DNA of 64,000 nucleotides from the NCBI GenBank assembly GCA_047967505.1, contig CM106538.1, one strand, 5' to 3'. The DNA comes from Dipteris shenzhenensis. Taxonomy: Eukaryota. The notes beneath the pieces were generated by a model that was not told where the DNA came from, did no database searches, and was given only the letters and a program-made list of their open reading frames with translations. Shown piece by piece: positions 1 to 13,844 of the stretch. Position 1 is the first letter of the stretch; the number at the start of each line of letters is the position of its first letter. The position numbers and the translations under genes were made by a program.

Positions 1-660
1 TTCATCACATTTATATCGCAATATGTATAAAGAGAGATTCCCACTTTGAGATAAAAGTGGAAGATTTGAAGGTAAATGCAATGTGCAAAGAAAAGCATTT
101 GAAACATAAGCAAGACATTGCAAATCTTAGTATCATCCAAAAAATAGCTCTCCTGTTAGGAGCCTATTCCTAATTAGAATGAAGTGTATTCAAAATTGAT
201 TTGTCAAGGTGATGCTTTTGAGGAGGACCGACATGGAACACTTAAAACTTCAGAGTAGGATTGTTAGGTTATTGGAGAAGATCCTCTAAAAATGTGAGAT
301 TTGTAGACAATAAGTGTTCAAGGACTGATGTTGCTTCTGTCACATCTATATCACAATATGTGGAAAGAGAGATTCTCACTTCGAGATAGAAGTGGAAGAT
401 TTGAAGGTCAATGCAATGTGCAAAGAGAAGAATTTGAAACATAAGCAAGACATTGCAAATCTTAGTATCATCCAGCAAACAACTTTCCTCTTAGGAGGCT
501 ATTTCTAATTAGAATGAAGTGCATTCAAAATTGATCCGTCAAGGTGAAGCCTCCGAGGAGGAGCTACATGCAACACTTAAGACTTCGGAGTAGGATTGTT
601 AGGTATATTGGATAAGATCCTAAGAAAATATGAGATTTCTGGACAGTAAGTGTTGAAAGG
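1..660. repeat. Diverged tandem repeat, ~335-bp unit, ~2 copies visible (may extend beyond the window start)
   Basis: AAGATTTGAAGG at 61 and 396; GAGTAGGATTGTTAGG at 253 and 588 (both offset 335). Confidence 0.85.
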
Positions 661-885
661 TACTCAGACCCCACGTTGAAAGGTATTTAGAAATCACTTA
701 GAACGAGACAACTACAAGGTATGAGAGCACCTCAATTTCTAATTTACCATCTCAGATAAAAAATACCAATTGGAACTTCAAAATAATGGTTAATGATTCA
801 GAATTTGCACTTGCAAGCTTGAACAAACCTACTAATAATTTCAAGTCACCTTTGAATGAAGAATCGTCCCAAATTCCCATCTAAC

Positions 886-905
886 TTCAAACACACACAC
901 ACATA

Positions 906-936
<31 letters not shown>

Positions 937-940
937 TTGA

Positions 941-1026
<86 letters not shown>

Positions 1027-1046
1027 CACACACACACACACACACT
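886..1046. repeat. Compound (CA)n/(TG)n microsatellite with an internal inverted arrangement
   Basis: TTCAAA(CA)n-TATGTA-(TG)n-TTTGAA followed by a long (CA)n tract. Confidence 0.95.
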
Positions 1047-3073
1047 CTTATTCCTAACCTAATTAGCACACACATTCGGTTATGGGAGTAAGTGTGTAAT
1101 GCCTTTTCCTTATGAGTCCTCACTATTTTGCCATGGTAAATTCCCTATACAACTATTGGTGGCATACTTTCCTATATGTTGATTCCAGGGGTCTCCTCCA
1201 ATCTAGGCTTGTCATCCCTATATATGTCATAATAAGTCATCAAATAGGTGACATACAATATCTGTGGATGACACACTTTCCTTCCGCATGATATGCTTTC
1301 CTTCCTATGAATTTTGACATCAATGAGCCTTCTTAGTCACGGCTATTGTCCTTGAAATTAGCTAATTATGTAAGAGAACTATGCTAACGTAATACCTTTG
1401 GCTACCTAAATTTACCCCTCATGTAAGCTAGTCCTCTCATGAAAGAGACCTTTTGAAAGGGACCTCTTTGTTACTCTACTCTAACTTATGGCTTGTCATT
1501 ACTTGACTGTGGGAAAAGGTTGGACCTTTAACTATAAGTAATCCTCTCGATAAGTGATTAATCCTCTCTTGACTTCAATTTCCTTGTTATCACTTAGCAA
1601 ACTGCGTCCCTTGGTACCAATTTATGATATGTCCTTTTGTTGTGTTTCCTTTAGAGTATGGGGAACTCTTAATCCCTTGGTAGGAGATTCTCTCTGAAGG
1701 ATTGGATGTACCTTGGTATATTGGCATGGAGCCAAAAGGCCATTCAGTTTTTTTGTACTTTCTAAAAGTTGAGGGCCAAAAGACCATTAATGTATGTACA
1801 CTCTTGTGTACCTTGGAGCCATCCCTCCTTTTTAAAGAAAGAGGTACATGGTAAATCAAAGCATAATGCCAAAAGGCTTAAAGGGTTGTCCTTTAAATAA
1901 TCTGCATTCTTTCATTGCAAGATAAGCTAGCTAGAGGCGCATTCTTCTTTCATCTTCGAATCCTCATTCATTAATAGCCTACTTTGGTAGGTTAATTAGG
2001 TACATATTCCCTTTCTTTGCATTTGTGTGAGGTATTGCCTCATTTCTACTCTCATTTCACTCCACGGAACCTACATAATCTCCTCTCATGTGAGCTCAGT
2101 TCCTCTTGGGATCTTCCCTTCCCCCTTTCTCCATTCCTCACTTTTCTCTCCGTAAATCTCCCAATAGGCTCAATGCATCTCCTACTCTCTTCCCCTAGAC
2201 TCCTCCTTTCGAGCTCTATGAACATCCCACTCTCTCTTGTTGGGGTCCTCCTTCTAAATAGGCCATCCTCCTCTCTTTCTCTCTCGTAGGTCCTTAGCTC
2301 TTCTTCCTCATGCGGCCTTCCCTGTAGGTATAACAGCTCCCCCTTCTTCCCCAACTATGCTCCTCGTAGCTCCTCCTCTCTCCGCTGGCTTGAGGGAATA
2401 CCCTTCTTCTTTCATATCATATTACACACCCCCATCTTCGTTGTTCGTAAAAGCCACAGTTCTTTTGCATTATTTGGCCCTTACCCTGCGTTGCTTTCTC
2501 TACCCCTTCCACAAGACTTTCCATAAGAATAGCTTGAAGTCCCCTAGTGCTAATCCCCTTTCCCTCGACTCTTTGAAGCTTTGATCCCCTAGGGATCTAT
2601 GAATTGTGATGGAGATCTCAGTTATCCTCTACACTCATCTACCAAAAGAGATGGTTTTCTTGGTTGCCACAACTAGACTCCAACTTGCTCCTCGATTCCC
2701 AGAGCCTGGCTTTTCTCACTCTAAGTGGATGATTTGTCAACTACTTATGAGCGCCTGTGTCTATTCTACCCCTAATTCCTCGGCTATGGAGAAAAGCTTT
2801 GCAATTGGAAAAAAGTTATGAAGGGATGTCACACCAAAGAAGATTGCTATAGAATCTAAAGATATAAGTGTAGAATTGATGGGGCCTTCTTTATGTAGTA
2901 AAATGCCACAACAAGTCCATGACAGTAATTCCACAGGTATTAAAGTAGTCATAGAGGGCATTGAAATATCCAAATACATGAGACTTTGCATACTCTTACT
3001 AAAAGTAAAGAGTTGCTCACCACAAAATTTTGCATGGGCATGACATAGAAGCTTCCAATTTGCAATTCAAAAA

Positions 3074-3480
3074 TTGTTGAGGTTGGTGATCGTTGAAACT
3101 TTCAGAATGATCATCAGATTTGCATGGAAACAATGCAATGTATTTAATCAATTGTCTGATTGTGATGTGGTTTCATGGACTATTATGATCTTGGGATATG
3201 CCAAGCAAGAAGATGGGATGTTGTCTTTGGAATTATATGCACCGATGCACCAAAAGGGTTTCAACCAAATTATTGAACTTTTGTTGTTGCCTTCAATTCC
3301 TACAATAGCATGGTAGCACTATAAGAATGGGATTAAGTGGATGTAAGCTATGTGAAAACAGGGTGCCTAGCAAAAGGCGCTATGCACTCCCATGTAGTGA
3401 ATCGTGGATGTGAGTCAAATGCATTTGTTGGAACCATTTTATTGGGCATGTATGCACAGCATGTCTTTGGTCATATCCAG
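3074..3480 (+). pseudogene. PLS-class pentatricopeptide repeat (PPR) gene fragment, frameshifted and truncated
   Basis: Motifs VFNQLSDCDVVSWTIMILGYAKQEDGMLSLELY and MHSHVVNRGCESNAFVGTILLGMYA in successive frames; runs into an integrase relic. Confidence 0.8.
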
Positions 3481-4200
3481 AATAGTACTGTTTGTAACTT
3501 TAGTTTGTCCATTCGATTCTAGATGAAAAGTTGATGAGAAATCTAACTTAGTGCCTAGATTATGAAATAATGCAGTATGTAGCTCAAGGGAAAGGTCGAA
3601 GAATCCTCGGTTTCCCACATAATAAAAGAGTGATGGACCAAGAGTAGCATATGCTCTATCAAGGTGTTTCAAGTTTTCCAAATTTACAAACAACAACGAG
3701 GAAACTTTATGATTGAGGTCGTCATACATTGGTATGCAAAAGTAGAGACTGCCTCAATGGGTCATGTGCTGTTGATTCTAGCCTTCTTGCTTGTGGTCTT
3801 GCATCCTTCTTAGTGATGTCCATAGCCTTGGACTACACGAAGAAATCTTGCTTGTAAAGTTTCATAGGAGATGGTTGTTCTGACAAGACACTTCACGAAT
3901 GTTTGTGCTCCCCTTCTACGTTTGACTAGATCATTCTATCTATGTGAGGAATTCCCAAGGCATATATAGAGATCCTTCTACTAGGTGGACATTATGTTCT
4001 TCTTTACGGCAAGTAGCCTAAAGGGAAGTTCCCCTTTTCTTAGTCCTCATTAAGCCACCTGTCATAATAAGAGGCATTGATCTTTGTGAAGATCCAACAA
4101 TCTAGCACCCATGTGTCACAAAAAGAAACTCGCCTTGTATGCATGCTTTTTAGGATGAATCTTTCTCGGCTTAAGCTTTTCACGCTTTTGCAGACTTATA
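3480..4200 (-). mobile_element. Degenerate Ty3/Gypsy integrase relic
   Basis: HTALFHNLGTKLDFSSTFHLESNGQTKVTN resembles the Gypsy integrase core (..LGTKL.FS.A.HPQ.DGQTE..N). Upstream boundary approximate. Confidence 0.7.
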
Positions 4201-4714
4201 TGCATATCATAAAAATGGGTAGCCATGGGTTGTAGCCAGACATATCCATCCACCACAGGTATCTATTTCTTGAGTATCTTGAGGTTCTTGATCGAGGTAT
4301 TTGGAAGTGGCAAAATAATCAAATTATCATGGTTTATCACATAGGTTATTCTCAAATTGCATTAATGAAAATATTAATCAAGATAGGCACATACGTTATG
4401 TGAATATTAAACTCAAATAAAATCAAACGATGAAAATATTCAAAATTAACATTGGATTCCATGTATAAATAATATGATTAAAATCAACTTATTGAGTAGA
4501 CCACAAAAATTAGTTTCAAAACAAAATCAAATGGAATTTTAGTAGCCAATTATTTTCAATCTTAGCACCTTCTCCACCAATAATAATCAAGAGCAATCTA
4601 GTGGATGAGTTCAAGCTCTCTATAAGAAACTGCGTTTTGGTTCATTTCACCCATTCTTAGCCATTCTTGCCTCCCCATCACTTTGTCACACCTTCCATCC
4701 TACTTTCATTAAGA

Positions 4715-7645
4715 ATGGGTTCTCAAAGCCGTAGAGCTAGTAGACATGAAAGATGTAGGAACCCCCCCCCCAAATCTCGTTGACAAGGAGCACAAGCAAA
4801 AGGCTCACAAGCGCAAGAGAGCCTCTAGAGCTAGAGCTCATGCTGCCACCATCGATCCACCTCCACCTCTACATCCCACCTCCACCTCCACCTCCACCCC
4901 CACCCCCACCTCCACCTCCATTATCTCCCTCTCCACATCCTCATCTGCTCCCCTACCTCTAGCCTCTGCCGTTCCCCTAGCCACCGACATTTTTCCCTCC
5001 ACCTCTACCTCTTCCCGTCCACCCTCCCCCCTCCCCCTCCCCCTCCCCCTCCCCCCCTTCCCCTTGGTGCCTCCCTTCCCCCCTCCATCCTACCATTTCC
5101 CATTGATCCCCTTGCCCCACCTTATAGTAGTAGTGTTGCTTCACGACGTGACTTGCTGAAGTCCACTACCTGTCGTCATGCTAGCAAGATTGTGCAGTCT
5201 TTTTTTAGTGACCTTACACTAGCTTTGCAGTCTACTCTTCTCACATCCCTGATTGATCACCCTAACTTGGTAGAGTGTAGGAGGCTTGTTGGTCTTGGTG
5301 CACATAGAGATAGGGTTGTATGTAGTGAGGTCCTTAGCAGTGTTCGACGTTCCTATGCTTCTATTAAGCATAGGAACTCTGATGATGCCTTGGCAGTACG
5401 TCGTGCTATTGTGGCGCCATTAGTAGACCTTAGATGATAGGCCATATGTGTACCGCTTCACGTCTTCTTTAGATTGCACCGCGCACATTGCGAGTAGGCA
5501 TGATTAGGAGGCAGAGTCTAGAGGATAGTGAGACTGATGCTCTTTGGGCATCGAGTGGGTCATGCACCTCATAGCGATCAATTGTTAGATGATTCCACTA
5601 GGTCCATACAGTAGTTTTGGGAGGAGCATTGCAGAGCATCCCTGGTGTTCAAAAGGCATTGTGAAAGAGGGTGTCACATCGAGCATGGTGCATGTTTTTT
5701 GGAGTGTACCCAGACTGAGTTGTACAGTCAGTTTGTAGAGGTGCATCCAGAGTTCAGGATTGGGTAGAGGTCATTTGAGCAATGCAGGCCATGGTTTGTG
5801 TGATGCTCTTAGGAGCATGATACATGCTGTTGTTGCTACCATGTGGATTTTGGATTGATGTATGACGTATCCCATTCCCTTGATGGTCATAGGGGAGTGG
5901 TTCCTACTAGCCCTCGTGACTTCATTCATTCCATATTGTGTACATGAGATGGCGATGTTTTATTCCACTCCCTTGATTGTGTGGAAGGCAAGTGTACTTT
6001 GTGTGGTGACTTTGCTAGAGTGCCACGAGTTGCATTAGATACTTGTGACGTGCAGATGGTTCTCGTTGGTAGCAATATGAGTATAGTACCTTGACATTAG
6101 ATGGTGGTGCATAGTCAAGGAGGTTGCAGCTTGTGGGGAAGGAGACTCCATGTGTTGTATTCATTGACAGTTTTCGAGGGAAGTTGTACCACTACATACG
6201 CCACTCGCACACTATGAAGTGGGAGGATCGTCATTTCTGTGCATGTTTGAGCACATTTCCTATACGGGTGGTTGTCTCAGTGGTGGACTTTGCAGAGAAT
6301 TATACCTTTGCACCACAGCATGAGATCCAATTGGAGTATTATTTCTCCGAACAAGTGACGTGTGATATAGTTATTGGTTTTTTAATGGCCTCATTATATT
6401 GAATTATTTCAATAGTCATTTAAAAAAAAAATGCAATATTGTAGGTTGCTATATTTGTGTACATTAGCTATCGTCATGCACATGCTCATGTGGATGGCAT
6501 TGATAGCACCATGGACCCATGCGTCATTGTGCGAGAGTATCACTTCTACATCAGTGACGATGATCGATCACATGATGCCCATTTTGTGCAGCACTGCTTC
6601 ACTTTGCATGATAGTTTATTGAGGGATCGTGGTGTCACATGGTAGTGGCATTGGATCTGGTCAAACGGTTGTGGTGGCCAGTTCAAATCTACCAAATAGT
6701 TTTATTAGTTCTACAGATGGCACCATGAGACAGGCATTTCGATCACATGGAGCTACTTCGAGATAGGGCACAATAAGGGAGAGCATGATGGTGCAAGTGC
6801 TTGCGTGAAGCATGCTTTGCATCGATACCAGTTGCGTCATAGTGCCGATCGCTTCAAGGATGCACATGATGTGGTGTAGTGGTGCAGCCCCCAGCAGTTA
6901 TCCACTAGTGCTATCTCCTCATTTCAGTCGCATGATGATAGGGCGGTGAGATGGGACTTTTGGTGCATGGACATTGGGAGTATTGATTGGTCTAGGCCTT
7001 TTGATTGTCATTCAATCTGGCACTCTTGATTTCCATTCCATCAGGAGCATAGGTGAGTCTCACCCTGTGATCTTTTCTCGACAGTTTGCATGTTTTTGCT
7101 CTGCATGCATTGATGATGATTGGGGAGGATGCTCCATGATACCATGGGCCAATCCATGGGCACGGCAAGTGCTTTCTCCCTTCAAGCCTTGGGAGGAGGT
7201 ACATGATGATCAAGAGATGCGGGATTTAGTCCCTCTAGAGATTACGACCAGCTTACAGATATGTTGCATATTGGTGATATCTTCGCGGTCATTGCTTCGG
7301 AGGGCAATGAGGAGGGTGTGGATTATTACTTATTGCGATGCCCTATGGTGAAGTGTGTTGAATGAGGATACAATGGATGGGCATGGGATGCACTTCGATG
7401 CTAATAGCATGATCGTAGGTGGCTGCTATTTTCCATAGATATAGAGGCATGGTCATTATATTGAGTTCCAGGAGTACATGGTGGATTAGGAGGCATACAT
7501 GTATTCTCATCTTGTTGTTGCGATCAAGATTACTTTGAGTCGTGTTCGCACTCTCAAGGCAACGTCCACTCGACGATGGCACCTTGCAGTGGAGGTCACG
7601 AGAGCATACTTGAACTATTGGCATGAGAGCCGATCTTGAGGAGTA
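4715..7645 (+). pseudogene. Sola2-like DDD transposase pseudogene with a 90-bp phase-0 intron (6355-6444)
   Basis: CRPWFV..HDTCCCCYH, VVDFAENYTFAPQHEIQ..SEQ|VAIFV, YISDDDRSHDAHFVQ, WSNGCGGQFKS, GHNKGEHDG, and C-terminal RQFACFCSAC. Removing GTGACG..TTGTAG joins ORF 6124 to ORF 6457 in frame. Many stops and frameshifts. Confidence 0.8.
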
Positions 7646-10600
7646 GCACATTACATATCATAGTTTTGGGGATTATTAGTTGATCATATAGATTTTTATT
7701 GGGTATCACTAGTTGATTACATATTTTTGTATTCGATATGTATAGGCTCACTGTGTGAGCATACCATTGTAATTTTCATGGACTCATATTTTGTATTTCA
7801 CTATGATGGTTTTATACATGTTCATACACATCATTTTATTAGATTATATTTTATACATGATGTTCATTGTCTTCTCAATGGGATTTGTTGTTTTTGTAAA
7901 ACAAAAAATTGTTTATTAGTAGTTATGTTGTAATTCTGTTTTATGCTTTATGACATTTTAAAAATGTGACTAAGAAAATTTGTGCATGTACTAACCAAAT
8001 ATGCATGTGGACTTATCTGTTGGGGATAAAACTTTGCATGGCTCTTAGGCTACCCTAGATATACATCCATGAAAGATTTTGTTTGCCAAATGATTTCGTA
8101 TGTGCCACATGGAAGGTATAATGCATACATTTTTGCAAGCACTCACTACTAGTGACTACATATTAAAAATGGCGCACGTACTAACCAAATACACATGTGG
8201 ACTTTGATGATGAAACTTTGCACGGATCTTAGGCTACCTTAGACCTACATCCATGCAAAATTTGGTTGCCAATCGATTTGGTATGTGCCATGTGGAAGGT
8301 ATAATGTGTACATTTTTGCAAGCACTCCCTACTAGTGACTACGTATGAAAAATGGCACACATACTGATGACCAAATAGGCATGTGGACTTTGAGGGGGGA
8401 GAGAGAGAACTCTAAAAGGGATAAGAGACACCGTATATGGTGGAGCAAAAGCTACTCTAGCTTATTCCTCTATCATATATATATGAGTATACATGGGCAT
8501 TGTACGAGTGGGTGGGCACACTGCCCTTTACCGGAACAACCTCCCACTTAAAGGCAATGTGCCTTTAAGGGAGTATAGTACACATATAATACAATAAGCC
8601 ATAGGCTGAAAAACAAGATGACCATACCGTCATCCTATGCCCATCGGCACTTTACAATGTGCAAAGTGCATAGAGGATAAGCCAAAGTGCATAGAGGATA
8701 AGCTACTAGCAGACATCAGGTTTGCAGGATAGAAAATGACAAGCTGTAGATGCCTATCAACAAAGGTCTCATGCCAGATCTCACTAGGAGAGTAAACTCT
8801 CACCACCACATGCTCCTGTGCTAAGTCCATAGCACCGGAACTGTCATTGTGCAAAGAAAATGTCTCTGTACCACCTGTGACCATAAGCACATACCCTATA
8901 ATAGACCTCTGCTGGTCTACCCAACCTGCATCACTTGCATGCTGCTCCTGGAAGCATAAGGACTTGATGTCCACAACCGCTTCCCTACTACCAAAATCTG
9001 CCATAATCATGCTACCAACTCCCACTACAATGGAAGCAAGAACCGGAAGTGTAGCCCCAATGGCAAACATGTGAGAACCAAGTCTCAACAAAGTCATGGA
9101 TGCATGAAGTATTATGGCTGCCATATCAACCATAACTTGTTGCTCAACTGATCTGTGATCGTCAAACCTACTGTGTTTCAAGTATGGAGCCAATATAGGC
9201 AATGGAGTACTCAGTAACTTTCCCCTCTCCATATTGAAACAACCAAGTATCTGACAAACATCATCAAGACCATGTAGCTCCCACTGCAAAGCATCCCTGT
9301 CCATAAGGAACCATATGGCAAGTAACCTCAAAAGGATAGCAACCTCCTGAATATTGAGACCATAACCTGTCTCACTGCGCATCACATCCTGAGCTCTCAT
9401 AATGGTATCAAACCTATGAAGCCAAGCTCGAGGGGATTGCTTTGGCCATGGAGGCACTTACAAAGCAAACATATCAATGATTCCTGCCCATGCGCAATAT
9501 GACTCGAGTCAATAACTGCAGAAACCACATCTGTCTTGGCATAACCAGCTGATGGCCGGGCATCATTAGCCAAGGTATCCTCCTCACCATGCATAGCCTC
9601 ATCCTCATTTGCAAGAGGCACTCTGCATCTTGGGAGTAAACTGTAACTATCCATAGAAGATGCATCAACAATCTCCATAGAACTATAAACCTATGGAATA
9701 CTCGAGACATCTGACCATCTCTGACCAAAATTAGGAAGTAATCCTAGCTGTCCCAATTTTATAACCTGCTCACCGTGGGAAAAACCTCCCACTCCAAGGG
9801 ATATGGGCTGCCCCTGTAAAGAATTCAGAGGTATCAGTGCACTTACACCCTCCTGGAACACCACTCTCCTGCTATTCATAGTCCTGGGCTTTGTCTAAAC
9901 ATAGCATCCTCTCTGAAATAGACATCTCTCTAGTTGAAGAATCCCATAACTTGTAGTCCCTACTGGACTCATTGTATCCAAGGAAGAAACAGCTCCTCGA
10001 TGAGCATAAGCCTCATAGCCAAACATGCGTAAATGCTCATAACATGGTGCCCTGCCTGTCAAGAAGTCAAATGGCACTCTACCATTTAGAGATCTCCTGG
10101 GTGACCTATTAAGCAAGTATGCAGCTGTCTTACATGCCTTAGCCCAATAGCATTTGGTAAGACCTGCATATCGTAGCATGCTACCAATCTTATACAATAG
10201 AATCTGATTTATGCCTTCTGCCAAGGCATCATGAATAGAAAGATGAGGAGTGGTCAACACCCTCCTGATACCAAATGTATCACATAGATGCTGAAATCTA
10301 GGAGAGGTAAACTCTGCATCACCATCAATCATCAAGCTCAATAGCTTCTTTCCTGATTGATTTTTAGCATTACCCAAGAAGCGCTGAAATGTATCATATA
10401 CATCATGCTTTTTACGAACCGGATATACCCATATGTACTTTGTAGCAGCATCAATAAATGTCACAAAGTAAGAGGTGCCACCCAGTGAAATGGTAGGCAT
10501 AAGCCCACAAACTACACTATGAACCAACTACAATGGCTCCACATACCTCTCACTGATTGTCTTCCTCACAAAAGAAATCGTGACATAAAATTTGAGAGAC

Positions 10601-13299
10601 ATCCATAACAGGAATGTTTCTCAATGTTGTAAGGGCTTCCATACCTGCAATAGACATATGTCCAAGTCTGGCATACCATAAACTAACTGATGGCTGCTTA
10701 CTAATCATAAGCATCTTATCCTGGACACCTGATACATGCAATGCATAAGAAATCCAACCCATGATCCCCTAGCCATAATCAGATTGCCTCTAGCAATCTT
10801 CCATGCATGATCACCCAAAGAGACATGATAACCTACCTCAACCAACGGTCTAGTACTGATCTTGCTCGTAGCAAGTCCTGGTATATGTCTAACCCTTTGT
10901 AGAACAAGAATAGAGCCACTAGGCATAACAAGGTGGATATCCCCATAACCATATACATCCATAGAATGATCAATGCCCATCAAACCACTCTCCACAATGT
11001 ATTCCTAATATGCACTGAACCATGACCTATGAGGGGTCATATGACATGAAGCACAAGAATCTAGCATCCAATCATTGAGAATGGGTACATCAGTGGCCAA
11101 GAAGGAGGTGTCAGGCATAGACAAAAGAATGCCTTCATCACTGCTACTATCATTGGAAACCCTAGCATCCACGCCTTGAAGCTCAACATGTTTCTTCTCC
11201 TTCTTCCTGTCATTCCAAACCTTGCTTTTCTTCTTGCATTTTCTTAGCCATTTCCAGCAATACTTTTTCATGTGGCCATACTTTCCACAATAGAAACATC
11301 TAATACAAGTCCGAGAGCTAGACTTGCTCTTGGAATTCCCCCTTTAACATGACCTATTTCTACCGATTGATCTACCTCTGGAGTGCATATCAAGGCTGTA
11401 TTTCAGCACATCAAGGCATTTCAACCCATCATGTTGTAACATAACACTATCATGGTCATACATCCGGCATATACGAGTATAGAACTCATATGCATGGTAG
11501 TCTACACCCTGTACACCATCTTGTACCTGCAAGTAGACTGACTTCAAGAGTGATGATTGAATGATAGAGCATGCTTGCTCATCCATGTCATCCCAATCAC
11601 TCTATTTAATCCCAATCACACCTTTGCATTGAATGGGCTTATGCTCCCTCTTCTGCACTAACACATCATAAATCTGCTCTTTCCAATACTGAAAGTTTGA
11701 TCCATCCAACCTCTCAATATCAAAGAGGGCACTACCAGCTGTAGATGCCATATCTGTGGCATAATAGCTCACAACCAAAGAGTAGTATAGTGCAATAGGC
11801 AACCCAAATGACCAAAAAATATAGTGTTATCCAGACCAATCAAGTCTCCAAACAAACTGGCTGATCCAATGCTCAAAAGCACTCAGCCATAAAGAGGCAT
11901 AAACAAGAATATATGCAACCCAGTAACCTGCCAATGCCTAGCAATCCAAGTAAAGAAATGCACTGAACCAAATGAGCAATGCCTGCTCAACCAATGGCAA
12001 TAGGAGCCTAGGTCAACTATCCATAAACATCAGTGTCGCATCCACCAATGCAAATCCATAATGCATCGAAATGGCATTTATTGCATCACCAATGCATCAC
12101 CTCAAGTGTGCAATCCTTTGGCAACAAAATCAAGCATTCACCACTTGCCAAATGTGCCAAAGTGACTTGCCAAAATGCCAATAATTCCCTTGGATTGAAG
12201 TGAGATCCCAATCACTTTTTGCAATTTATTGTTGTGCAAGAGAAATCACATCCACTTTGGGCAAGGTAACACGTTGTCTTTGTCTTTGGATAGTGATATC
12301 TTTTCACCGAAAGACCAGATGCCAAAGCTATAAGCAGCAAAGTTGTAGCTTGTAGAAAGATCTACAACTTGTCAGTTGACCTCAAGAGCCAAATCCTTGT
12401 GGATTCTTAGATATTCTCACCTGAAAAACAGCTTCCTACACATTGATCACAAATAGACAGTAGAGTGCAACTTTTTGTGGTTTTGCAAAGGCTGTAACTC
12501 CTGCAGCTTATACCGGATCAACTTGCTTCCAAAAGCAAAGTTGTAGTATGTTCTGTGAACTACAACTTTCCAGTTTGGCACAAAGTGCAATTCTGCACCA
12601 GGAAAGAGATATTCAGTCTTGAAAATGACTGAATAGCAGCAATTGTAATGTCTTGACCAATGGCAAACACAATGTCATAAAATCAGCCCCGAATACGGTA
12701 ACAAATCAGCCCCAAAATGCTGACAAACCAGCCTTGAAATAGCTCCAAACAATGTTAATCTGACAGGATCTCAATACATCACCGTACCACAGTATGTATC
12801 CAACATAGGCAAGTAACCATGCATCCAACGAACTGTCAATGCATCTCAACCAGGCATGTACCACTGTCAAAGCATGTGTCACTGCCACTGCCAAAGTGAT
12901 GTACCTGCAAGAAAGATATGCAACCCACTGACTAGAAAGAGAGAGCCGAGCTCTATGATGAGGGAATGAAAGAGGCCTAGGAGATGATTGTATGGTATGA
13001 ATGCAGGGTGCTCGAAAAGAAGAGTGTCGATGAAGACCACTTGCTGGCCAAAACCACTCAATTCCATAGTATAACTAGTGCCAAAAGCATCTGAAAATAA
13101 ATGCATTAGCCTTGCAATCCACTGCACTACATGATCAATGCATACAACATCCAAACCGGCCCAAAACAACATCAAATTGCATCCAAAAAATGCATCAAAC
13201 GGGGGCTCGAAATGCAACACTTTTGCACTTTGAAAATCAGCAAAAAATTGCTCAAAACAATGCCCGAGATGCCCTTCCTCTTCGCCGAACATAACAAGT

Positions 13300-13750
13300 A
13301 CAACAGCCCCAACGATTACTGTAAATTCAATAGCCAAATCTTCACCACTTTCACTTCTTCACTTTACATCGTTGGCCTCATTGCATCTTTCTGTGCTTAC
13401 ACTATTACTCACGCATTTGGAAGAAAACCGTCCATGCTCACTGGTGGAGTTAGCTTCCTCGCTGGTGCTGCCATCAATGGTGGCACTAAGGATGTTGCCA
13501 TGCTTATCATCAGCCGCATCTTGCTCAGTGTGGGTGTTGGGTTTTCCAATCAGGCCATGCTTGTGTATCTTTCCGAGATAGCTCCCCCAAAGATTCACAG
13601 AGCTCTCAATATCATGTTCCAGCTCCATCACCATGCGAATTCTATGCACAAACCTGATCAATTTTGGAACCGAGCACCATACACCCTGGGGATGGCGAGT
13701 CTCTCTGGCACCAGCTATTGTTCCAGTGGTTATCATGACTATGGATTCCA
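13300..13750 (+). pseudogene. Captured fragment of a sugar transport protein (STP/MST hexose transporter, MFS) inside element A
   Basis: NDYCKFNSQIFTTFTSSLYIVGLIASF..FGRKPSML.GGVSFLAGAAING..MLIISRILLSVGVGFSNQAM.VYLSEIAPPK..ALNIMFQL; after a frameshift, NLINFGT..PWGWRVSL. Confidence 0.92.
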
Positions 13751-13844
13751 CGCTCGCACTTGGTGATGGCAATCATGATCCCATTCTTTCTTCCTAACGC
13801 TCGCACTTGGTGATGGCAATCATGATCCCATTCTTTCTTCCTAA
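13751..13844. repeat. 47-bp tandem duplication at the end of the STP fragment
   Basis: CGCTCGCACTTGGTGATGGCAATCATGATCCCATTCTTTCTTCCTAA x2. Confidence 0.9.

Noticed and set aside
1-660. 335-bp repeat as a coding repeat (near 112 codons)
   Set aside because: Stops in the frames examined and no recognisable motif.
841-1123. ORFs of CV/HT repeats
   Set aside because: Translations of the (CA)/(TG) microsatellite.
2052-2450. Possible decayed gag knuckle (GKKGSCYTYREGRMRKKS) on the minus strand
   Set aside because: C/H residues incomplete and no supporting domains; too weak to call.
4780-5110. Proline-rich extensin-like protein
   Set aside because: Low-complexity C-rich stretch in the transposase 5' region.
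13131-13766. Intact 211-aa host transporter gene
   Set aside because: N-terminal ~55 aa are unrelated element sequence; covers only part of STP and is frameshifted.
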